Shown: piece by piece, positions 8,480 through 15,534 of the stretch
How positions within the stretch are numbered: the first letter of the stretch is position 1
Layout of the letters: each line of letters begins with the position of its first letter
DNA from: Dehalococcoidia bacterium
Lineage (GTDB): Bacteria > Chloroflexota > Dehalococcoidia > GIF9 > UBA5629
Length of the DNA: 32,000 bases
Direction of reading: 5' to 3'
Assembly: GCA_050011565.1 (NCBI GenBank)
Contig: JBEKIW010000001.1
Coordinates: forward strand, 234,254-266,253
Notes under the pieces: model-generated
Seen by the model: the letters and a program-made list of their open reading frames with translations, nothing else
What the model was told of the DNA's origin: nothing
The model's database searches: none
Program-made: the position numbers and the translations under genes

Positions 8480-9973
8480 ATGTCAGAATGGACAAAGCCC
8501 GCTCTCGATGATATAGAGTTTGTTAAGGCCGTTAGCGCGATTCAGAAACGTGCTGAGAAACAAACGGACTCTGACAGATTAATCGATATTTATGTGACTA
8601 CAGACCTAGCCAATCGTGCTAGAACCACTAATTCACAGCTAGTTTTAGGCAGACGTGGCACAGGTAAGACGCATATGTTTCGCGTTTTGCAAGAAATGCT
8701 TGGAATGGAGGGAGAAGTTGCACTTTACATAGATTGTAGAATGTTAGGAAGTGCGATAACCGACTCAACAGGAAACCCCCAAGGGGTAGCTATTAAATAT
8801 TTTAGAACTCTTCTTAATGAGATTAGCACACGATTATTTGATATGGCTAGACGTATGGAAGCACCAATAAAGGATTCACAACAAAAAGTTTTCGGTACCG
8901 TCTGGGGTTTGCTCCTACAGATAGAACCTAAATCCACAGAGAAATATTATGAATCAACATTTAATTATAGGCAAATAACGGAATCAATGCAGACAATTAT
9001 TTCCGGTTTGGATATACGTCATCTATTCATAATATTGGATGAGTGGTCACAAATTCCAGTATCAGCACAACCCTATGTTGCAGAATATCTTAAAAGGGCA
9101 ATTATGACTATTCCAGAAATATGTATCAAATTATTGGCCTTAAGCTATCAATGCGACCTATCTAAACAAATCAGTGAAGGAGTAATAGGCATCAAACTTG
9201 GAGCAGATATCCCGGATGTCTTGGATTTTGATTCGTATTTAATATATGATGAAAAACCGATTTTTGTTTCAGAGTTCTTTTCTCAAGTTCTTTACAATCA
9301 TCTCGGTGCCGAACTAAACTGGGATCTCAAGATAACCGGTCAAGAAAAGAGCAAAAGGATAATAGATATATTCACACAGAATAAAGCTTTCACTGAATTA
9401 GTGCGTGCAGCTGAAGGGAATTGTAGAGATTTCCTATGCATATTTGGTAATGCATATTGGGAAGGTTATCGTAAGCAAGAGGATGTAAAAGCCATAAGTA
9501 TGTCACATGTTCGCGATGCCGCTGCTAGTTGGTTTGATAATGAAAAGTATGCAAACATACGAAATGACATACTCCCAAGTATGGCACTTATGTATATATT
9601 CAATAATCTTATCAAGGGATACAAATCTCGGACTTTCATGGTCGAAACCTCGAAATCTAAACATGAGATTTTGACCAGGTTACTAAATGAACGTGTTTTA
9701 CATAAATTACCAAGATTTGACTCGCATAAAGATAAACCTGGTGAAAGATATGAACTATTTACGATTGATTATGGGGCATATGTAAGGTTCATAGGAACCG
9801 TTTACGAGCCGAACCAAGGAATGGTTAAAAATGGATATCAAGCTAAAATGCATTTTGCAGATGAGGTGGTCACAGTGCAAGATGAAGAACAAGAATTCAT
9901 GGTTCCTCACGATGATAGACGTAGCGTACGACGTATTGTATTTGATCCAGATGCGATTAAGATTCCAAAATGA
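8480..9973 (+). CDS. Orphan P-loop NTPase (AAA+/ORC-Cdc6-like core) with uncharacterised C-terminal half
   Basis: 497 aa. Walker A is LGRRGTGKTH and Walker B is HLFIILDEWSQ. AEGNCRDFLCIF is a possible sensor-2-like segment. The gene is markedly AT-rich: spot counts of 60-nt lines give roughly 27-47% G+C, against about 60% in aor. Confidence 0.75.
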   Translation: MSEWTKPALDDIEFVKAVSAIQKRAEKQTDSDRLIDIYVTTDLANRARTTNSQLVLGRRGTGKTHMFRVLQEMLGMEGEVALYIDCRMLGSAITDSTGNPQGVAIKYFRTLLNEISTRLFDMARRMEAPIKDSQQKVFGTVWGLLLQIEPKSTEKYYESTFNYRQITESMQTIISGLDIRHLFIILDEWSQIPVSAQPYVAEYLKRAIMTIPEICIKLLALSYQCDLSKQISEGVIGIKLGADIPDVLDFDSYLIYDEKPIFVSEFFSQVLYNHLGAELNWDLKITGQEKSKRIIDIFTQNKAFTELVRAAEGNCRDFLCIFGNAYWEGYRKQEDVKAISMSHVRDAAASWFDNEKYANIRNDILPSMALMYIFNNLIKGYKSRTFMVETSKSKHEILTRLLNERVLHKLPRFDSHKDKPGERYELFTIDYGAYVRFIGTVYEPNQGMVKNGYQAKMHFADEVVTVQDEEQEFMVPHDDRRSVRRIVFDPDAIKIPK

Positions 9974-9998
9974 TTTTGCCACTGCTTGAAGCGAGCAA

Positions 9999-10088
9999 AA
10001 ATTAGAGTTTGAAAAAGTTACCCTTCCTCGGCAATCGCATTATTTAGCTGAACGAGACGCGGAGATTCTATTTTCGTTGAATATATTC
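9999..10088 (+). pseudogene. Second, strongly decayed AT-rich relic of the uvrB 3' end
   Basis: KLEFEKVTLPRQSHYLAERDAEILFSLNIF aligns position for position with [30 protein letters not shown]. The nucleotide alignment needs a +1/-1 indel pair in the middle. Recognisable blocks are TAGAGTTTGAAAAAG, TCGCATTAT, AGCTG and GACGCGGAGAT. Confidence 0.6.
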
Positions 10089-10136
10089 CATCAGGAGTCA
10101 TTTTTAATAAGCATTCTAACAACTATAGAACAGAAT

Positions 10137-10826
10137 TCAAAGGTTACTTAGAAACGCTTCGATTGCCCGATTCGCTTCCACTGGTTTTTCCAGGAGGCAG
10201 TGATGCGTGGCGCCCTCGATAATCACCAGTTTGGCCCCTGCGATTTGATTGACCAGATATTGAGAATACTTTAGAGGCGTCATATCGTCCTCGGTGCCGC
10301 AAATAACCAGCGTTGGAACCGCGATGTGCCTTACCTTATCCATTACATCGAACTTATCACAGCACCGAAAATCATTGAGCTGCACGGCGGCACCTACTTT
10401 AGCCATTCCATTAACTATTTTCTTCGCTACATCAGGAGCCACCCGACTATATGGAGGTTCAGCTACTTTTTTGAGCCACTGAGCCGGGGCATTGATACTA
10501 TCTTCTAGTTTCTTCAGCAAGTCAGGCCGTACCCTCAGCCGTGCACCGGTATTGATTAATATTAGTGCTTTAACATCTTCCGGATAACTCAGCGCATACA
10601 TCAGAGCTATGGCACCGCCCAGGGAATGCCCGGCAATGACAGGCGGTGAATGATCTCCTCGTCTGAAATATCCATGTAGCCACTGCGCATACTCGTCTAT
10701 GCTGGTGCATGGCTTGCCTTCAGGATGCCCCGGAAGATTGATAGCTTCAGAACCGGTGAAGTATTTTGTCTGGTAATGCCATTCCAAACTGGTGTTGCCA
10801 GCGCCGTGAATGAAGATTAACCTCAT
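10137..10826 (-). CDS. Alpha/beta-fold hydrolase
   Basis: The start is taken at MRLIFIHGAGN (ATG at 10826). The longer ORF to 10871 runs into a hairpin repeat. The nucleophile elbow GHSLGG and the C-terminal GATHHCLLEKP (catalytic His region) are present. Confidence 0.85.
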   Translation of the reverse strand: MRLIFIHGAGNTSLEWHYQTKYFTGSEAINLPGHPEGKPCTSIDEYAQWLHGYFRRGDHSPPVIAGHSLGGAIALMYALSYPEDVKALILINTGARLRVRPDLLKKLEDSINAPAQWLKKVAEPPYSRVAPDVAKKIVNGMAKVGAAVQLNDFRCCDKFDVMDKVRHIAVPTLVICGTEDDMTPLKYSQYLVNQIAGAKLVIIEGATHHCLLEKPVEANRAIEAFLSNL

Positions 10827-10833
10827 ATTTTTT

Positions 10834-11044
10834 CCCAAGAGGGGTTTCACCCCTCTTAAACTCCCCCGCAAAAGGATAGCATGGTAAAAATCCCTCTCAA
10901 TCTCCCTTTTGCTAAGGGAGAGGTTTCCCCCTCCCTCTAACTCCCTCCCGCCAGGGGAGGGAGAATAAAAGGAAACCCTTCGACAAGCTCAGGGTGAGCG
11001 GAAAAATCCCTCTCAATCTCCCTTTAGGAAAGGGAGAGGTTTTT
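10834..11044. repeat. Mosaic cluster of short hairpin repeats (BIME/REP-like)
   Basis: Order of units: an inverted copy of the 3758-3790 unit (10834-10869); AAAAATCCCTCTCAATCTCCCTTTtgctAAGGGAGAGGTTT (10886-10926); CTCCCTCCCgccaGGGGAGGGAG (10941-10963); CCTTCGACAAGCTCAGGGTGAGCGG (10977-11001); and a second AAAAATCCCTCTCAATCTCCCTTTaggAAAGGGAGAGGTTT (11002-11044). Confidence 0.9.
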
Positions 11045-11197
11045 GCAGTAGTTTCGGGCTGCTATATGACGAATAATTATACCACTTGTTAAGCGGTCCC
11101 ATAAATAAGCCCGCACGACTGGCTTATGATATAATATTCTGCTTAATAAGGCATCGCCTTTTCTGCAAAAATAATAAAAATACGGAGTGGAGCTTCT

Positions 11198-12310
11198 ATG
11201 ATTAAATCAAGATTGTGCGACCTGGTCGGGATCAAATACCCCATTATTCAGGCCGGAATGGGCCCCTTCAGCAACAACAATCTTTGTGTTGCTGCAGCGA
11301 ATGCAGGCGTCCTGGGACTGCTTTCTACAAGCGGAGTTTTTAATAAAGATACTCAGCCATGGATTTACAAGGACTTCGTTCAAACCGCGGAGGCTAACTA
11401 CGATGACGATATGGCGACAGTCCTGGAAAAGGTGCTTAAACGGACATACAGGCTGGTCAAAGATAAAGGCGGTATTTTCGGCATCAACGTGATGGTTTCA
11501 GCGGAAGTTCTCCCGAATTCGCAGGTCATGGTTGACACGGCCATCAGGGTCCGCGAAGAGAACCCTGATATGAAAAAGCATTTCAAAGTGATCTTTACAT
11601 CCGCCGGCGACCCTCTTGGCTGGAAAGACAAGATAAAGGGAGCAGGATTTACATGGATGCACGTCGTTCCGTCTGTTAAGGGAGCTTTGCGCTGTAAGAA
11701 AGCTGGCGTCGACGTAATAGTAGCCTCCGGCCATGAAGGCGGTTTCCATACCTCGTGGGAACCGGTGCACTCGATGATTTTGCTTCCGGCTGTGGTGGAG
11801 ACGGTGTCCGACAATGAGACTCTGGTTGCCGGCGCCGGCGGGTTCTGCGATGGCAAGACACTGGCGGCGGCACTGGTTATGGGCGCAGACGGTGTGCAGA
11901 TGGGGACGCGCTTTCTGGCAACACAGGAGAGTGATTTTCATCAGATCTGGAAGGAGGGGGTTGTTGAATCAGGCGACAGGGCAACCCTTGTGGCGCGCGG
12001 CTTTGTGGGACCTGCCCGGTGGTTGAAAACACCCCGCAGCCAGGAACATGCCAAAAATACTCTACAAAAATCACCCGGCGTTTTCCTCGGCACTCCCGAT
12101 GATTATGCGACGATCGATATGTCTTTGATTGAGTTTGAAATAGAATCAATAAAAGCCGCCTTCGAAGGAAATAAGGAAAAGGCGCTCCTGGCTGCCGGTG
12201 AAGCGGCTCAGCGGATTAAAGACATGCCAAAAGTTAATGACATGGTGCAGGAAATCGTCAGGGAAGCGGAAGCCATTCTGAGGGACATTCCGAAGAAGCT
12301 TCTGGCATAA
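11198..12310 (+). CDS. Nitronate monooxygenase / 2-nitropropane dioxygenase family FMN oxidoreductase (FabK-like)
   Basis: 370 aa. It has the N-terminal IKYPIIQAGMGPFS motif, and the GADGVQMGTRFLATQES motif typical of NMO/enoyl-ACP-reductase-II TIM-barrel flavoenzymes. Confidence 0.85.
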   Translation: MIKSRLCDLVGIKYPIIQAGMGPFSNNNLCVAAANAGVLGLLSTSGVFNKDTQPWIYKDFVQTAEANYDDDMATVLEKVLKRTYRLVKDKGGIFGINVMVSAEVLPNSQVMVDTAIRVREENPDMKKHFKVIFTSAGDPLGWKDKIKGAGFTWMHVVPSVKGALRCKKAGVDVIVASGHEGGFHTSWEPVHSMILLPAVVETVSDNETLVAGAGGFCDGKTLAAALVMGADGVQMGTRFLATQESDFHQIWKEGVVESGDRATLVARGFVGPARWLKTPRSQEHAKNTLQKSPGVFLGTPDDYATIDMSLIEFEIESIKAAFEGNKEKALLAAGEAAQRIKDMPKVNDMVQEIVREAEAILRDIPKKLLA

Positions 12311-12330
12311 TCTATTCACCCACTCCCCAG

Positions 12331-12436
12331 CCCTCTCCCTCAAGGGAGAGGGGGACTAATGGAGATATAAAATCCCTCTCAATCTCCCTTTACGAAAGGG
12401 AGAAGTTTCATTCTTCGACAAGCTCAGAATGAGCGG
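12331..12436. repeat. Mosaic cluster of hairpin repeats downstream of the NMO-family gene
   Basis: CCCTCTCCCtcaaGGGAGAGGG (12331-12352), TAAAATCCCTCTCAATCTCCCTTTacgAAAGGGAGAAGTTT (12368-12407) and ATTCTTCGACAAGCTCAGAATGAGCGG (12410-12436). The unit families are the same as at 10834-11044. Confidence 0.9.
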
Positions 12437-12498
12437 TAACAAAGGCGAAAAGAAAGAGCCGGCACCTGTTACAGAACAAGTGCCGGCTTTAAATGTGG

Positions 12499-13785
12499 CT
12501 AAGTTTTGAAGGTCAGGGTAAGGATGTCGGCAAGCTCGACTTTGTCACCTTCTCTCAATAAGTACCTGCCTTTTCCCTCGATACTGGACCTGTTCAGTTT
12601 GGTGCCGTTGGTGCTGTTGCGGTCCTCGATATAACATTCTCCATCTTCACAGTCGAATCGTATGTGCTGCCTGGAAATCAGGTCAGCTTTGTCCGGCTTC
12701 ACCAGGGAGCGGAAATCACTTCTGCCCAGAGATCCGGCATTGCCGGATAGGGATAATTGCTCACCGTTCGACAATATAAACTTCGGCCCAGGGCCCGTGT
12801 CGACGGGTGTGGTGGCCGGGGCACCATTTGCAGTCCGTGTAGCGGTAGCCAGATATCCGGCCCGTGCACCGGCATAGGCTGCGGTAGGCCTTCTAACAAA
12901 AAGGACGACGGCCGCCGCGGCGGCTACAGCCAGAAGTCCGAGCAACATGATATACAACATCCCGGAATTGCCCGAGCCGTCGCCGCTCAACCCGCTGGTC
13001 AAGATACTACTTGTTCCCGTATTGGCGACGTTTCCACTGCCGGCTATTGGCGTGCTGCTGGTGGTGTAGGTGGATACGTACGGAGCGACCGTCACGGTGG
13101 TGCTGGCATTCACGCTGCCATCGCTATTGGTAGCCGTAAGTGTATAGGTAGTTGTATAACCAGGACTCAGATTGTATGAGCCAGAACTTGGGACAGACCC
13201 AATCCCGGGGGATAAAGTGACCGTAGTTGCATCGTTCACCGTCCACGTCAGCACAATTCCCTGCCCACTCTGAATGTAAGATGGGTTAGCGGTAAACGAG
13301 TTGATTACCGGCGGACAGTCAATTTGCGGTTGAGGCTGCCGTTGAGGCTGCTGAACTACTACCACGTTCGAACATACGTAATAGGACCACCTATAGTTAC
13401 AAGGCCAGGAACATTCCGGACAACAGCGAAAGTATTGATTAGGCCACGGGGAGCTCCACCTATAGGGTGGTGGTGGTGTAGGTGGGGCAGGCGGCGGCGG
13501 AGGAGGAGGAGGAGGAGGTGGTGGTGGAGGTGGTGGAGGTGGTGGAGGTGGCGGTGGTGGCGGTGCCGATGGTGCAGGTGGTGGAGGAGCAGAAGAGGTA
13601 GAGGTGGCGGTGGCAGTAGCAGTAGCAGTGGCAGTGGCGGAGGAATCGGTGGTGGTGACCGTAGCGGTGGCCGTAGCGGTGGCCGTAGCGGTATCTTCGG
13701 CAGATACCGGTGTGGCCTGGAATACTGGCGCAGAGCATAGTAATAATGCTGCTGCAAGGACTAGGATTGCTTTTTTGAAGTTCAT
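12499..13785 (-). CDS. Type-I membrane protein FHA-A: signal peptide, (TA)n/poly-Pro stalk, Cys/Trp/Tyr-rich segment, Ig-like domain, TM helix, cytoplasmic C-terminal FHA domain
   Basis: 428 aa. The signal peptide is MNFKKAILVLAAALLLCSAPVFQATPVSA. There is a run of about 25 consecutive Pro. The Ig-like repeat is PVINSFTANPSYIQSGQGIVLTWTV...TTTYTLTATN. The TM segment MLYIMLLGLLAVAAAAAVVLFV is followed by RR. FHA signature: LGRSDF...ISRQHIRF...DRNSTNGTKLN. RBS AAGGAGG is present. Confidence 0.9.
   Translation of the reverse strand: MNFKKAILVLAAALLLCSAPVFQATPVSAEDTATATATATATVTTTDSSATATATATATATSTSSAPPPPAPSAPPPPPPPPPPPPPPPPPPPPPPPPPAPPTPPPPYRWSSPWPNQYFRCCPECSWPCNYRWSYYVCSNVVVVQQPQRQPQPQIDCPPVINSFTANPSYIQSGQGIVLTWTVNDATTVTLSPGIGSVPSSGSYNLSPGYTTTYTLTATNSDGSVNASTTVTVAPYVSTYTTSSTPIAGSGNVANTGTSSILTSGLSGDGSGNSGMLYIMLLGLLAVAAAAAVVLFVRRPTAAYAGARAGYLATATRTANGAPATTPVDTGPGPKFILSNGEQLSLSGNAGSLGRSDFRSLVKPDKADLISRQHIRFDCEDGECYIEDRNSTNGTKLNRSSIEGKGRYLLREGDKVELADILTLTFKT
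13489..13700 (-). repeat. Low-complexity trinucleotide/hexanucleotide repeat tract inside FHA-A (poly-Pro and Thr-Ala repeats)
   Basis: 13489-13563 is 25 consecutive NGG triplets on the + strand, which are CCN Pro codons on the - strand. 13590-13700 contains GGCAGTAGCAGTAGCAGTGGCAGTGGC and three tandem GTAGCGGTGGCC-like units encoding (TA)n. Confidence 0.9.
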
Positions 13786-13805
13786 TGTACCTCCTTATTT
13801 ATTTT

Positions 13806-13886
13806 TTATTTTTTAAACTTCAATAACAGAACAGAGCAAACCAAAAATGCTGTTGTCAGGATGAAAATTGTCTTTCTGAAATTCAT
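13806..13886 (-). CDS. 26-aa signal-peptide-like mini-ORF (possible relic of a paralogous 5' end)
   Basis: It translates as MNFRKTIFILTTAFLVCSVLLLKFKK-stop. Its RBS AAGGAG lies inside the last codons of FHA-B. The RBS and first codons (AATAAGGAGtgaccATGAATTTCAGAAAG) closely parallel the FHA-A start (AATAAGGAGgtacaATGAACTTCAAAAAA). Whether it is expressed is unknown. Confidence 0.35.
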   Translation of the reverse strand: MNFRKTIFILTTAFLVCSVLLLKFKK

Positions 13887-13888
13887 GG

Positions 13889-15490
13889 TCACTCCTTATT
13901 TATATTTTGTTTCTGGAAATTGATGCTAAGTTTGCCGGCAAGCTCAATTACATCGCCGTCAGCCAGCGCATGCCGGCCGGTCCCCTTGATATCCGTACCG
14001 TTGACCCTGGTGCCGTTGGTGCTGCTGCGGTCCTCGATGTAGTACTGGTCGTTTTCGGACCATATGTTGATGTGCTGCCTGGATATGTAAGAGACCTGTG
14101 CACTGGGCATGAAATCCTCAAAGTCACGCCTGCCGAACGACCTGGTATTACCTGCCAGCAGTATATCGTTCCCGCCCGCCAGGGAGAGTTTAGCCGCGGC
14201 GGCCTCTACCACAGGCGTGGTGACTGGCTGTGTATCCGAGGTATTTGTGTCTTCAGTCTGAGTGGCGTGTCCTGCTTGTGTGTCTGCCGCCTGTACCCTG
14301 CGGGCTTTAGCAGGTCTCCTGATAAGCAAAATGGCTATGACTATGACCGTTATGGCCAGCAAGGCTATAAGGCCCCAGAGCAAATAGGGCGGCTGCTCTA
14401 CATTGACCGTTACCGATGTTGACTGCGAAGTACCGTCAATATAGGCAGCGGTCAGGGTGTACGTAGTCGTATTATCCGGCGATACCTGCGTGGTGCCGCT
14501 GATGTCGGCGCTGCCGACGCCGGTGATTAGTACCCGGATTGCCCCGGGGGCATTCCAGTAGAGGGACGTCGACTGCCCCCTCTGTATGGTGGACTGGCTC
14601 ATATTAATGGTGGGCGACACCCTGGGCCTGACCGTTATGGTTGCAGTCGATGAAACAGAGCTGCCCGATTTGCCGTTGGCCGCCAGAGTATAGGTGGTGG
14701 TGGCGGTTGGACTCACCGTAGTAGAGCCGGAAGCGGCGACCGTTCCAACTCCGGGTGATATGCTCACGCTGGCAGCGTTAGTGGTCGTCCAGGTGAGTAT
14801 AGCTGTCTCACCGGCTTCGATAGAAGATTTGTTGGCGCTGAATGAGCTAATCGATGGGGGATTATAAACCGGCGCCGGCGTAAAGTCGGGTATGTCCGGT
14901 GGATAATAACTCCGGATGTAATTGAAGTTCAATAAACGCGTCGACCATGAATACCCGGAAAGGAACCACATCCTCCAGGTGTACCCTCCGGCAGGGTCAA
15001 ACGACTGGGCGGCAAAAGGACCTATTCTCCAGACGCCGGCGTACGGGCGATACCATCTGTAACACAGCCAGTGTCCGTAGGGCGAAGTGCCGTAAGGGTA
15101 GTATTCCCATAGATAGAAATAGCCCGGCCCGTTGAAGGAAACGACCAGATAGATTGCCTCGTTTCCATATAGGTTGCTCAGTGTCTGACCGTAGCTGTTG
15201 ACGAGGTAGGCATTTACCATTGAGCTCGGGATACCGGGTTCCAGGGACAGCGGCGCCATTTGCAGGCTCGGCGAGGTCTGGCTGTATGTTTCCGCTGGCA
15301 CCGGTGGCTCTATAGACTCTCCTCCTTCATCGGGAGGTTGCCATGATTCATCAGGGCTTAATGGCGGAACCGGGTTGTCGTCTGCCCGGACGGGTGAGAT
15401 TTCAGTAATGGCGACTGAGAAAGCCAGGGTGGTGACCAGCAAAGCTATCAAGATTTTTTTCATGTGTGACATTAAACTCCCGAATACCAT
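13889..15490 (-). CDS. Type-I membrane protein FHA-B: signal peptide, W/Y-rich ectodomain, two Ig-like repeats, TM helix, TQ-rich linker, cytoplasmic C-terminal FHA domain
   Basis: 533-aa maximal ORF. The likely start is M7 (15472) or M10 (15463), giving MKKILIALLVTTLAFSVAIT as the signal peptide. The TM segment LLWGLIALLAITVIVIAILLI is followed by RRPAKARR. FHA signature: FGRRDF...ISRQHINI...DRSSTNGTRVN. Confidence 0.9.
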   Translation of the reverse strand: MVFGSLMSHMKKILIALLVTTLAFSVAITEISPVRADDNPVPPLSPDESWQPPDEGGESIEPPVPAETYSQTSPSLQMAPLSLEPGIPSSMVNAYLVNSYGQTLSNLYGNEAIYLVVSFNGPGYFYLWEYYPYGTSPYGHWLCYRWYRPYAGVWRIGPFAAQSFDPAGGYTWRMWFLSGYSWSTRLLNFNYIRSYYPPDIPDFTPAPVYNPPSISSFSANKSSIEAGETAILTWTTTNAASVSISPGVGTVAASGSTTVSPTATTTYTLAANGKSGSSVSSTATITVRPRVSPTINMSQSTIQRGQSTSLYWNAPGAIRVLITGVGSADISGTTQVSPDNTTTYTLTAAYIDGTSQSTSVTVNVEQPPYLLWGLIALLAITVIVIAILLIRRPAKARRVQAADTQAGHATQTEDTNTSDTQPVTTPVVEAAAAKLSLAGGNDILLAGNTRSFGRRDFEDFMPSAQVSYISRQHINIWSENDQYYIEDRSSTNGTRVNGTDIKGTGRHALADGDVIELAGKLSINFQKQNINKE

Positions 15491-15534
15491 ATGTTCTATT
15501 AAGATTAACTATACGTCTGGCGGGAGCAGGCTGC

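Noticed and set aside
10827-10871. 15-codon 5' extension of the alpha/beta hydrolase ORF
   Set aside because: The extension is the inverted copy of the 3758-3790 hairpin repeat. MRLIFIHGAGN is a typical hydrolase N-terminus.
10886-12436. Possibility that the recurring ~40-nt AAAATCCCTCTCAATCTCCC... units form a CRISPR array
   Set aside because: There are only three copies, with irregular spacing (116 nt and about 1.3 kb). They are interleaved with other repeat families and separated by a gene, and no cas genes are present.
13324-13757. Arg/Trp-rich (+) and His/Leu/Pro-rich (-) ORFs over the poly-Pro/TA repeat tract
   Set aside because: They are alternative-frame readings of the same trinucleotide repeats. 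Only the FHA-A frame connects a signal peptide, TM helix and FHA domain.
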